Virus record (IMG/VR): IMGVR_UViG_3300005253_000382
Span: 1 to 64,000 of that record
Strand: one strand, 5' to 3'
Length of the DNA stretch: 64,000 nt
From: an uncultured virus (IMG/VR IMGVR_UViG_3300005253_000382)
Lineage: Duplodnaviria > Heunggongvirae > Uroviricota > Caudoviricetes
The notes below the pieces were generated by a model. The model saw only the letters and a program-made list of their open reading frames with translations. It was not told where the DNA came from and searched no databases. Positions within the stretch are counted from its first letter, which is position 1. Each line of letters opens with the position of its first letter. A program made the position numbers and the translations under genes. This document shows, one piece after another, positions 31,077 through 40,388 of the stretch.

Positions 31077-31394
31077 TTAATCCTCCTCTGGGATAAAGAT
31101 TACCCATCCCTTCTTACCACACTGCCTTATCAAATTATCGGGATTATGTATATCAAGGGTTTCTTCGTGATTCCCCTTAGCCTCAATGACAAGAGACCAT
31201 GTAGTTGTAGCTTCTACCTTTGTGCCATAACTCTTTTTCAATTCCCTCAACATCGCATCAGCACCAGCTTCATAAGCAGAAAATTCAGGTTGCTCATTCC
31301 AACTTTCCTCGCCAAAATCTCCAGTTTTATGAAAGGGATTATCCCAATTCTCTTTAGGTCTCCAACTCATTTTCTCCTCCTTTCCGTTACTCAT
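31077..31394 (-). CDS. Hypothetical protein
   Basis: WRP..W.NP...AYEAGADAML...G.VIFIPE small phage family. Confidence 0.65.
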   Translation of the reverse strand: MSNGKEEKMSWRPKENWDNPFHKTGDFGEESWNEQPEFSAYEAGADAMLRELKKSYGTKVEATTTWSLVIEAKGNHEETLDIHNPDNLIRQCGKKGWVIFIPEED

Positions 31395-31443
31395 CAGGCT
31401 TAATCAGCCTGCAATATAGATTACATTGTGTTAAAATAAAGTT

Positions 31444-31881
31444 ATGGGAATACAAAACCCCGCAAATTTTTGCACTGATTGCGGTGTGATTATATTGAAG
31501 GAATCCAAGCGTTGTTATAGTTGTGCCACTAAACATAAATGGGAACAGGGAATTATGCATACGCTCAGGGGGGCTCAACATCCCCAATGGAGAGGGGGTC
31601 GCTTCATCAGTCTTGGATATGTACTTATTTGGTATCCGCAACACCCCCGTGCTTCTAAACAGGGGTATGTTAAAGAGCATATCCTTATATGGGAGCAATA
31701 TCATGGTAAGCCTGTGCCGAAGGGGTGGATAATTCATCATCTGAATGGGATTAGAAATGATAATCGGCCGCAAAATCTGGTTGCTTTTCCAGATAGGAAA
31801 CATAAACATATTCTTCAAGCTAAGGCTAAACGCATTCAAGAATTGGAAGCTCTCCTTAATCATCAATCACAACTCCTCTGA
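31444..31881 (+). CDS. HNH homing endonuclease inserted antisense
   Basis: C..C..C..C, WRGGR, GYVKEHILIWEQ, IHHLNGIRNDNRPQNL; leaderless promoter. Confidence 0.9.
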   Translation: MGIQNPANFCTDCGVIILKESKRCYSCATKHKWEQGIMHTLRGAQHPQWRGGRFISLGYVLIWYPQHPRASKQGYVKEHILIWEQYHGKPVPKGWIIHHLNGIRNDNRPQNLVAFPDRKHKHILQAKAKRIQELEALLNHQSQLL

Positions 31882-32001
31882 GCGAATTAGCCCCCTATCT
31901 TTTAGCCATTGTATGAACTCTTTATAATCAACTCCACCCCAAAGATATTGCATTATCTTGAGCTTCATTTCTTCTTCTGTTGGGCGTTTATCTTCTGTCA
32001 T

Positions 32002-32349
32002 TTACTTCTCCTTATCTAATACACAATATAGAGCTAGGGCAGGATTTACCTCTTCTCTGCTTAGGCTTACCTTGCAAGCCCAATCAACTAGCAGTTTATA
32101 CAGTGCTTCTCCTCCATAGTGGAACTTATAGACTGGCACAGCATGCAGGAACAGGTTTCCTAATGCCTCAATGCCAGTAAGGTCAGGCGGTGCTTGATGG
32201 GTAGACCCATCTGGATATTCCCAGTAAGGCTGTCGGCACACAATGCCCCCTTCGTAGGCAGTCTCTTCTTCGGGGAAAGTTTCAAGAGGATGATATACAA
32301 GCCCACACCCTTCCCAGAACCTTTCTTCCTGCTCTTTTGTTGGTTTCAT
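32002..32349 (-). CDS. Hypothetical protein (ABA-sandwich/NinX-like, tentative)
   Basis: PPD...LF..AVP...PALAL pattern also in 39944. Confidence 0.45.
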   Translation of the reverse strand: MKPTKEQEERFWEGCGLVYHPLETFPEEETAYEGGIVCRQPYWEYPDGSTHQAPPDLTGIEALGNLFLHAVPVYKFHYGGEALYKLLVDWACKVSLSREEVNPALALYCVLDKEK

Positions 32350-32527
32350 TTCTTCCTCCTTATCTTACAAGCTGGTTGCTCACCATGCCATTCACATAAT
32401 TTCATATACATCTCACAGTTAGATTGTAGGAATTTCTTACAGGGTACTGTATCTCTAACATGCTGATTGGGGGGCTTGTTATCCCCTGATAGATATTGCG
32501 GGCAAGTGATATGTATGTAACAGTTTT

Positions 32528-33400
32528 TCATCTTTTCTCATATTCCACGCAAAATGTCTCAAAATCATACTTGGCGAATGTCCAGAATTGGTTACACCAT
32601 TCAGCTAGTCTTATATATTGTTTCTCTCTTGGGGTGTTCTCATGCCTCATAATGTAAGGGCGACAGTCGAGCTTCCGCAGTAGATTACAACGTTGTAAAT
32701 CTTGTTCGAAGGTAGTATTAAAGCCGACCAAAACATAGAAGAAAATATACTTCCGCTTGTAGTGTTGGCGAAGCAGGGCAATTTTCTCTCTAACTATTGG
32801 CTCTAATTCAGGATAATCAAAGGCAAATCGAACACCGCCCTTTAACCTAACTTCATTTAGCAACTTAATTATGCGAACTGTCAATAAGCGAATGTCCATA
32901 CCTTGATTCCAATCAATAGCCAGTGATTCTCTTATCGCTTGCCTGGCTATCTTTTCAAAGTGGTCTTCATCGGCATAGGGATTATTGTCATAAAGCACCA
33001 CCCATTCATTTTTACCATCCCAAACATCATAAATGTCCCCAATAGCATGCCAATATCCTTCCTTGCGTCGTACAATACAAAAGGGGCAATTGCGGATACA
33101 CCCCAAAGAAGTATAACCGTAGTTTATATGTGGCTTTACGCCCTCAATCTCTTGTGGTAATTTTATATCTAGGTCGAACCCACTACCGCCAGCCATAATA
33201 TTGGGGTGCAACCCTAATAAATTCTCTACTTTTTGTTTATTCTTGGTGAATATACAAGAGGCATAAACCTTGTCCGCATTATAGATATCCATAGGTGAAC
33301 CCCATAGAACACTATCGCCTTGCTGAGCGTGCCACATGGCTATTTTATGGAGTGCGATATTGGGTAGCTTACTATCTATATTCAAAAGCAATATGTTCAT
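32528..33400 (-). CDS. Radical SAM protein (phage type)
   Basis: CIRNCPFC motif; NQGMDIRL; YVLVGFN. Confidence 0.88.
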   Translation of the reverse strand: MNILLLNIDSKLPNIALHKIAMWHAQQGDSVLWGSPMDIYNADKVYASCIFTKNKQKVENLLGLHPNIMAGGSGFDLDIKLPQEIEGVKPHINYGYTSLGCIRNCPFCIVRRKEGYWHAIGDIYDVWDGKNEWVVLYDNNPYADEDHFEKIARQAIRESLAIDWNQGMDIRLLTVRIIKLLNEVRLKGGVRFAFDYPELEPIVREKIALLRQHYKRKYIFFYVLVGFNTTFEQDLQRCNLLRKLDCRPYIMRHENTPREKQYIRLAEWCNQFWTFAKYDFETFCVEYEKR

Positions 33401-33440
33401 ACTTCCACCTTTACTCGCTTCTTCCTATCACCAACTAGAG

Positions 33441-34430
33441 TTATTCATATAATTTACCACCATACATAAGGGCATGTCCCAGAATCGGTATCTGCTCGGT
33501 CAGAAATCTCTTTTTACCTAGAAAATGAACTAATGAAAAGCCATGCACCCAGTTGGGATTTTGTATCCAGTCAGGGTAGAGTGAGCATAAACAAAAGTTC
33601 TCCCACCAACCCCATACGCCAAACCTATCTCGCTTATAGAAAGAACCACCGCGATGACAATGCCCACATACCCCACAGCCACCATGCTTCTCATACATTC
33701 TCTTGGCTGTATATCCAGAGTGAATACTGGCAATATCACCATGAAGAACAAGGAATATATCGTTTATCATTAACCCGCATTCATAAGGGATATAATCAAT
33801 CTCATAAGCGTCTAAATCAAAAAGCTCTGTAATGCTGAGGCAAGTTAGAGAGGATAGTTCGGGGGCTTTTGTCCATAGAAACTTCTGCCATCTCTCTTCG
33901 TGATTACCTGCTATTAGTTTCTTCTTTGTGTTGGGCAGTATCTTCTTATGTCTTTCAAACATTGCCTTGGTATTATTGACATCAGATTGTAAGTCAACTA
34001 CTCTTTTCGGGTCTTTATCGAACTTTGAAATCTGGTAGAAATCGCACATATCCCCACCATATATCAAATAATCAGGTTGGACTTCCACTAATAAATCTTC
34101 TACTAATTGCAAAACCTTATTGTCCTGATAGGGATTATGGGTATCTCCAATAATCGCTACTGTCTTCAATTCACCATTAAGATGTAAATTGAGGGGTACG
34201 TTGGATTTTACCCCCGTTGAAGAAGGGATGGGATATGTCGCCACTCTTCTTAATTTGAAATGGCGATAAACAGCATCCTTGAAGGTGCCAATCGTAGAAT
34301 AACCACAAGTTTCTGACCAGCTTTCGATTTGCTCCCTGGTAGCAGTGGGATAGAAAGCCATAATCTCTTCGGCTAAAGCAGTCCCTCTTTCTGGTAAAAA
34401 ACTATCCATGTCTACTCCATTTTTCACCAA
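33441..34430 (-). CDS. Calcineurin-like metallophosphoesterase
   Basis: GDTH, GGD..D, GNHE, HG, GHCH motifs. Confidence 0.9.
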   Translation of the reverse strand: MVKNGVDMDSFLPERGTALAEEIMAFYPTATREQIESWSETCGYSTIGTFKDAVYRHFKLRRVATYPIPSSTGVKSNVPLNLHLNGELKTVAIIGDTHNPYQDNKVLQLVEDLLVEVQPDYLIYGGDMCDFYQISKFDKDPKRVVDLQSDVNNTKAMFERHKKILPNTKKKLIAGNHEERWQKFLWTKAPELSSLTCLSITELFDLDAYEIDYIPYECGLMINDIFLVLHGDIASIHSGYTAKRMYEKHGGCGVCGHCHRGGSFYKRDRFGVWGWWENFCLCSLYPDWIQNPNWVHGFSLVHFLGKKRFLTEQIPILGHALMYGGKLYE

Positions 34431-34632
34431 GCAGACAGCTTACTATAAAACCAATAAGAAAAAGAAGTAGACCGAATGTAATGATTTGTTCTAATGTGGT
34501 TTCAATCATTTCTTGCCTCCATTAAGTTTTTTCCTCTTAGCTACTGGGTTAAATTTCCTGTTAAGGTTCTTTCTAGCAGAGTCTAAATTCCCAGTAATTA
34601 CAATACCTAGTTCCTTTAGTTGCTCTTTGCGT

Positions 34633-34956
34633 TTATCCATCTAATCCCGCCTCTTTTAATGCTTCTCGGTATTTATGATAGTCAGGAACAAGGTAAGCAG
34701 TATTATCCATTCTCTTAACTTCCTTACCTACGCCCAAAAGTGCTTTCTTGAGTTGGGCTTGGGCTACCCTTGCGAAACATGAATCTAACTCACTAGGCTT
34801 TTTTAGTTTCCATTCACGAGTCCTATTCCTTGCCCATATCTTCCTGCTTTCTATCGCATAAGCCTCTCGTTCTATTTCTATCTCCTCATCTCTCAGTCTT
34901 ATCATCTTAACCCTCCTCTTTGCCAAGTGGCATAATATTAACGAATTTTTCACCAC
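34633..34956 (-). CDS. Hypothetical protein
   Basis: AQAQLKKA family; start probably MIRLRD. Confidence 0.55.
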   Translation of the reverse strand: MVKNSLILCHLAKRRVKMIRLRDEEIEIEREAYAIESRKIWARNRTREWKLKKPSELDSCFARVAQAQLKKALLGVGKEVKRMDNTAYLVPDYHKYREALKEAGLDG

Positions 34957-35779
34957 CCACTAGCTTAAACGACCACCGTAAACCATCGGGGTTGACATCT
35001 CTATCCACCCATGATTTGCCCTTCAGGATTTTTAGAATCCCACCCTCCATAGAAACAACCATTCTTGGTAATTGCTTGGCCCAATCTTTTCCATAAGGCA
35101 AGTCTCTCCCCTCTGGCTTCTGTAGCATAACAATCCATATACCAGTAGTTAGCATATCCCTAAGTTCTCTAAGTAAAGTTCTAATCTCCCAAATGTTTTC
35201 AGGGGATTCTAGGTAGTCAATAATATTGAGAGCATCTGGTTCACCCACATCGGCAAAATCAAAACTCTTGGAACGAATTAAATCGTCTGGCCACTCTTGA
35301 AAGTTGGAGTATTGAGATAATCTCTCATATAATTCTGCCTCACTATTCTCGGTATCAAACAAAACAATCTTATGCTTCTTCCAGTTAAGGTCTACAATGT
35401 TATGAGCAATAGCGGTCTTGCCTGCTTGTGGCGACCCCCCAAAAATAATAACGCTCCTGCGTGGGGTTTTCACATACTCTTCCAAGCCAAAGGGATACTT
35501 AATATCAAACCATCCCCCAGGATTAGCGTGCTTAAAATTCAGTATGTCGTAATCCCTATCAATAACCTGATAAAACCTGTCTCTCTTTTTAAGTTTGGGC
35601 TGTTGTTTGGTAGTTTCATAATAGAGTTTCTTGGAAAGAGCATCCCTGGTTTCCCTCTCCCTCCAATCATAGTATCTGGCAATATCATCAAAGGTGAAAC
35701 GCTCATCTAGCCGCAAGAGAAACCACTCATCAACCCTTAGTGATACCTTCTTATATACTCCGTCTGTGGGTTCATCCAT
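34907..35779 (-). CDS. RecA/DnaB-fold ATPase, putative replicative helicase
   Basis: Walker A GGSPQAGKT, FDTE, Walker B NIIDYL, LQK. Confidence 0.8.
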   Translation of the reverse strand: MDEPTDGVYKKVSLRVDEWFLLRLDERFTFDDIARYYDWRERETRDALSKKLYYETTKQQPKLKKRDRFYQVIDRDYDILNFKHANPGGWFDIKYPFGLEEYVKTPRRSVIIFGGSPQAGKTAIAHNIVDLNWKKHKIVLFDTENSEAELYERLSQYSNFQEWPDDLIRSKSFDFADVGEPDALNIIDYLESPENIWEIRTLLRELRDMLTTGIWIVMLQKPEGRDLPYGKDWAKQLPRMVVSMEGGILKILKGKSWVDRDVNPDGLRWSFKLVGGEKFVNIMPLGKEEG

Positions 35780-35783
35780 TTAG

Positions 35784-35887
35784 TTGTATCTCCTTGTATA
35801 TTTTGTATCCGCTTGGGTGTGTTTGTATGAAAGTTGTATAGAATTTGTATGAGTTTTGTATGGACAAGGCTAGAATTCTCAATACAA
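35784..35887. repeat. TTGTAT iteron array, candidate replication origin
   Basis: TTGTAT at 35784, 35794, 35803, 35823, 35834, 35845, 35856 plus an inverted copy at 35882. Confidence 0.6.
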
Positions 35888-35905
35888 GACCTCCTATATA
35901 CTATA

Positions 35906-36178
35906 TTAAATAATATCTTTCTTATAAGAGAGCTTCTTCTTCTGTTCGATAACCTTTTTAAGATTTTCTTCTAGGGATACGATTCTTTCCTGTAATCGCA
36001 TAGCTTTTCTATCAAGATGTATGTGAGTATGTGTATGAATAGTTTGTTTCTCAGGAATCTTTTCCTCTTCAGGGTATGTGGGGTAGGACTGAAACTTACT
36101 TCTCCAAGCCTCCAGCCTAGCTCTGGCTTCGTATATTTCTACCCATTGTTCTCGGGTGAAAAGGGGTTTAGTATTCAT
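35906..36178 (-). CDS. Hypothetical protein
   Basis: ATG overlaps the end of the 3' arm (GAATTATGA). Confidence 0.6.
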   Translation of the reverse strand: MNTKPLFTREQWVEIYEARARLEAWRSKFQSYPTYPEEEKIPEKQTIHTHTHIHLDRKAMRLQERIVSLEENLKKVIEQKKKLSYKKDII

Positions 36179-36180
36179 AA

Positions 36181-36214
36181 TTCTATATCACTCTCTACTT
36201 CATTGCCCCAACTT
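36181..36214 (-). repeat. Cassette 3' arm copy
   Basis: 34-nt exact match to 28339-28372. Confidence 0.85.
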
Positions 36215-36389
36215 TGATATGTCCATCCTCATCCCATCTCGGTTCACCGAATGTTTGACTATAATAGAGTTCTACCATAGTAAAATGTCCCTTCTTTTTA
36301 TGGTGTATTGCAGCAACTCCCATAGCATTTTTACCCTCAGTCTTCCAATCGCACTCAGTACACCAAGCATTAGCGTCTAGTAGGTGCAT
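36195..36389 (-). CDS. Small C2H2-like zinc protein, cassette cargo
   Basis: CTECDW...HH...H; flanked by both arms. Confidence 0.65.
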   Translation of the reverse strand: MHLLDANAWCTECDWKTEGKNAMGVAAIHHKKKGHFTMVELYYSQTFGEPRWDEDGHIKVGAMK

Positions 36390-36401
36390 CTTCTCCTCCT
36401 T

Positions 36402-36560
36402 TCAGCATATATTATCTTCTTTATCTCTCGGCATTTTCCCTATTAACATATCTTCTATGTCCTGTTTCTTTAAGGTAATATCTACCCATTCTCCATTTGA
36501 GTGATAATTCTTACTATGTCGGATTAAGTATCGGGCGATTATTTCTAAGAGTATTTTATC
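36402..36560 (-). CDS. Hypothetical protein ending in the cassette 5' arm
   Basis: MDKILLE...; its TGA stop is the TGA of TATGCTGA. Confidence 0.5.
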   Translation of the reverse strand, partial: DKILLEIIARYLIRHSKNYHSNGEWVDITLKKQDIEDMLIGKMPRDKEDNIC

Positions 36561-36933
36561 CATCCTCCATCTCCTTAATTTTCTCTTTAAGGATAGCTTC
36601 AGTCTGAACATCATCACGTTTTTTATAGGTATTTGAGCGAATGGTTAATTCTTCGAAACCCTTTTGTCCCAATCTGGTTATCATATATTCGGTGTAATCA
36701 GCACGCTCCTCTCCTCCCCATCGTCTATGACACGGCATATTGCACAGAAGGGTTACATTGTCATCGTCATATCTTGTGGCCTCTCTGCTCCGTCCGTAAT
36801 AATGGCTCACCCCCAGGTTGTATAAGGAACCATCCTCATCGTATTGTCTACCGCACTTCTGGCAGGTGTAGTTAAATCTAAACCTCTGTATCTGCGTAAA
36901 TAATCGGTCAGTTTTTCTCAATTTGATTTTCAT
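36556..36933 (-). CDS. NinG/Rap-like recombination endonuclease
   Basis: CQKCG...SHYYGR...TRYDDDN...LC..CH...Y...LGQ. Confidence 0.75.
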   Translation of the reverse strand: MKIKLRKTDRLFTQIQRFRFNYTCQKCGRQYDEDGSLYNLGVSHYYGRSREATRYDDDNVTLLCNMPCHRRWGGEERADYTEYMITRLGQKGFEELTIRSNTYKKRDDVQTEAILKEKIKEMEDG

Positions 36934-37562
36934 AACTCTATATCCTTTACTTCATTGCCCCAACAATCCCAACCCTTTGTTGTTGTTGGGTTATTTTGTA
37001 TTAGTATAAAGTCCACCATTCCCATTGGAATATGTTGAACCCTCACATTACCGAGCCGCTCTTTAATTTCTTGTGTGCGGTGAAGGTGATATTCCCCGTG
37101 GTTCACCCTCGGATAATGTTGATATACTAGCACATCGCAATCTTGTTCTAGTATCGGTTCTATATCTGAATAATAGACATACCGCTTGCTCTGTGGGCTG
37201 TTACGATGAACTGATTTAATCTCCAAACCATTATCGGGGTCAAAAAATAGCAAATCAGGTAAATCTTCTTCATCAATATCCTCTAGGTTGGGGTAATACT
37301 TTCGTATAGGGATAATGCCTGCCTTCTGAATAGCTTTTATATCCCTTATACCAGAAGTTACTAACCCCCGAAGGCAATCGTATATCAGGGTATCTTGCCT
37401 TTTACTCCCATCAAACAAGTAGTTAGTTTTCCTCCCATCCCTTTTGCCATCATCGGGGGTAAGCATCCAGCAAATATCTATCGTATCATAGATATTTGAA
37501 ATGTCTGTTAGGAGTAGGTATTTATTATAATCATTAACATCGGCCACATATTGGTTTTTCAT
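36930..37562 (-). CDS. Uncharacterised protein (MKNQY..DVNDY.KY / FFDPDNGLE family) fused in frame to MT-A70-like tail
   Basis: Ends KGWDCWGNEVKDIEL; preceded by cassette 5' arm. Confidence 0.7.
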   Translation of the reverse strand: MKNQYVADVNDYNKYLLLTDISNIYDTIDICWMLTPDDGKRDGRKTNYLFDGSKRQDTLIYDCLRGLVTSGIRDIKAIQKAGIIPIRKYYPNLEDIDEEDLPDLLFFDPDNGLEIKSVHRNSPQSKRYVYYSDIEPILEQDCDVLVYQHYPRVNHGEYHLHRTQEIKERLGNVRVQHIPMGMVDFILIQNNPTTTKGWDCWGNEVKDIEL

Positions 37563-38017
37563 CCCCTTCTCCTTTCAGCATATAGTATCTTCTTCATTCC
37601 ATTCCTTTATAATTTCGTCATTCTTTGGGGGGCGGGTATCTTTTGTCCAGCTCGGCGACCAGCTTATCGCTTTCTCTTAACACCTCTTCCATCGTCCCAC
37701 CAGTAATATCTACCGTGCAATCGTAGGTCTTAATTCCCTTTACTGACGTGCTGATGTTTACCCTATAACGCTTTGATACTTCCACTTTTGTTCCTCCTTT
37801 TCAGATTAGGGCATTTATCCATTATTCCTCCCTTCCTACTTACTATCCTTTTCAAACCGAGCAAGAATCTTCTTGAGATATTTCATTGCATTCTTCTCGG
37901 CATCTTTTATTACCAACAAGATTTCAGGGCTTGCCAACAGATTGCCCTTTTAACGCTGTTGCAATCCTTCGGACTTCCTAGCTTTATATCCAGAAGCACG
38001 GACTCAGGCTAGGCAAT

Positions 38018-38089
38018 CTTGCTGATGTAGCACCCTTTCTCTATTAAGGTGTCACCATGTCACCGATTTACACCACTTCCATCAGCAAG
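38018..38089 (-). ncRNA. Structured intergenic RNA element
   Basis: Perfect 10-bp closing stem CTTGCTGATG/CATCAGCAAG right after AGAACCTTAAAACAG. Confidence 0.45.
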
Positions 38090-38307
38090 CTGTTTTAAGG
38101 TTCTAATCTATTTCCTCTAGGACTTCTTTGCAGTACTGAATGTAAGTCTCAATTTCGCTACGGGTGGGTGTCTCTTCCAATGAGTCAAAATCACAAAGCT
38201 CACCATCTCTTACTATGGCGATAAAACATTTGTTAGATTCTGGCACCTTAACTTCTATCCCTATTTCTTTTACCTCGCTTTTCATTTCTCCCTCCTTTTA
38301 AGGTTCT

Positions 38308-38742
38308 TTATTGCCCCTCGATATATTTAAGGAACTCGTCAGCCCATCTTCTCATATCAGATATGCCGATAAGTTTAGCACACGCCAAATCTTTGGCATA
38401 GGAAAGAGATACCGCCTTGTCCTTCTTGTCATGCTTGATTTCCTGTGGGGCAGGTACTCTCTTTAAGTCTTTATCTATCTGTGCTTGGTCAGGGGTTTCT
38501 ACTTCAGGGGGTGGCACTGGTTGAGGAAGTGCACCCGCAACTGACTTGGCATTGGCGACATAAGGTTTATTATTATAGGTCTGCCAGTCTAATTGCACTG
38601 CTTGCCCCTGTTGGAATATAGGGTGGAGACTTTCACGCTTCTTGGCGATTTTAATCTTCTCTCCCCCACCTTGCGGTGTTACCCATAAATTACCATATCC
38701 GTCTACTTCAGTATGTCCTACTACTATAATTGTTTCAGCCAT
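38308..38742 (-). CDS. Putative ssDNA-binding/recombination protein
   Basis: OB-like N-terminal half, Pro-rich linker, helical tail; tentative. Confidence 0.4.
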   Translation of the reverse strand: MAETIIVVGHTEVDGYGNLWVTPQGGGEKIKIAKKRESLHPIFQQGQAVQLDWQTYNNKPYVANAKSVAGALPQPVPPPEVETPDQAQIDKDLKRVPAPQEIKHDKKDKAVSLSYAKDLACAKLIGISDMRRWADEFLKYIEGQ

Positions 38743-39877
38743 TTATTTCCTCCCCCAATTTAATAAATATTGCCAATCTTCATCATTAAGCATTAACCCA
38801 TCTATACAAGAAAACCCATTGTGGTCTTTAAGCCACTGAATTAACTCGGACATTTCCACACAATCGTAGGCTTCTATAGCTCTGTCGCAGTACGGGCAGT
38901 GAATTGTTGCGTGTTTCATTTCTGCTCCTTTAGTTTGGCTTGCCAGCAAAAACCACACTCTCTGCGTTTCATTGTCCCACTGTGCTTCTTATCAGTGCAA
39001 ACCTCATCCCCCCACTCCATCACTTCCTTTCTACCTGACTCAATTCCTTCCAGTAAAATCTCACTTAGGGATACTAAGCAGACATCCTCTTGCCCCGCCT
39101 TGAATGAGATTTCGGCTTGGATTTCCGTGCCATCTTTCCATCCCGTTGCATAGCACGCCTTAGCATGTATACTATCCTCTTGGTTTTCAAATATCTGCTT
39201 CGGAACTGCTTTTAGCTTAATCACCGTCTCTTTCCAATTCATTTTATTCTCCATTCATCCATTGATTATCTAATTGCCTGAATACATTACAATAAAAGTC
39301 ATAAGAACAGGTGTCGCACTTTACACCATCTCTACAAGGGAAGAAGTGTCCTTTACCATCAATGGTTGTAACTAGACGGTGTTTGCCATAACAGATATGA
39401 GCGCTTGAGATGTCCCTTGCTTGTTGCTCTTTTTGTATTGCCGTGTAGGTCATTCTGCCTCCTTAATAGTTATAATTATCATTGCACCCACCAAACAAAC
39501 CCAACCGATTGTGGTTGCATCAGGCACTTTTTGTAGTGGCCCCCACCAATGCATAATTGTAACGAACATTAAAAATAACCAAACTATAAACCTTACTATA
39601 CGCTCTATCATTTCTTCTTCCTTAATCTGTATGCTATCCTACATTCCTCGCAGTTTTTAAGTATCTTCCAAGCTGTTGAAAAGTTCTCACTTCCAAATTC
39701 CTCTTGTGCCATTTCCTTCGGCTTGATTCCACACTTAGCTGCTAGTTCACTAATACTCGGTTCCTTTGGCTCTTTCATACCCTCATCCAGTACTCGCTTC
39801 TGTTTCCTACTCAATTGTGGAAACACTGGTGCACTGCCTCTTCCAAGCTTTAACCAACCTTTTCTCATAAGAAGCAT
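38743..39877 (-). other. Run of small hypothetical early genes (38743, 38916, 39244, 39608)
   Basis: Overlapping start/stop codons; Cys pairs. Confidence 0.55.
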
Positions 39878-39943
39878 CTTTACCCATACTTTCTCTTGCC
39901 TTTATAATCTTTTCCATTGCCTCGATTGAGTATTCTGTTTTTG

Positions 39944-40261
39944 TCATTTTTCACCTATCAGTTTTTCTATTGCTAGGCAGAGGGCTAGGGTCGATTCTCT
40001 TTCTGATGCATGATAATTAACACCACTCTCAAAATGTATTCCCCAACCATGGCGCAACATATCAATGTTTCTTGCAAATCCTATGTATTGATAACTCAAT
40101 AATCTAAACCCTATTAGGTTATACAACTTCGGCACAAGCACCTTAAAGCAACGTGCTATACCAAACTCAGGGTCGGTGAAGTTATAATCTTCAGGATACA
40201 TAATGAACTCATCTATTGAGATACCTGCCCACAATGCTAGTTTTTTGTTTAGTTCTTCCAT
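39944..40261 (-). CDS. Phage ABA-sandwich/NinX-like protein
   Basis: ELNKKLALWAG...NFT...CFKVLVPKL...LALCLAIEKL. Confidence 0.55.
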   Translation of the reverse strand: MEELNKKLALWAGISIDEFIMYPEDYNFTDPEFGIARCFKVLVPKLYNLIGFRLLSYQYIGFARNIDMLRHGWGIHFESGVNYHASERESTLALCLAIEKLIGEK

Positions 40262-40388
40262 GCCCTCTCCTTAAAGAAATCCTGCCATTTAATATAATTT
40301 CTTTCAGGATAAAGAATACTGGGTTTACTCCATAACCAGATATCTATAAGTTGATGAGGTGTCCAGCGTCTAAGTCTTTTTAGTGGTC

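Noticed and set aside
31387..31866. 159-aa minus-strand ORF
   Set aside because: Antisense shadow of the plus-strand HNH gene, which has clear motifs and a promoter.
27885..37597. CRISPR array or integron attC sites as explanation for the repeated arms
   Set aside because: Repeats are dispersed, non-palindromic, come as distinct 5'/3' pairs and flank whole genes; no cas or integrase gene seen.
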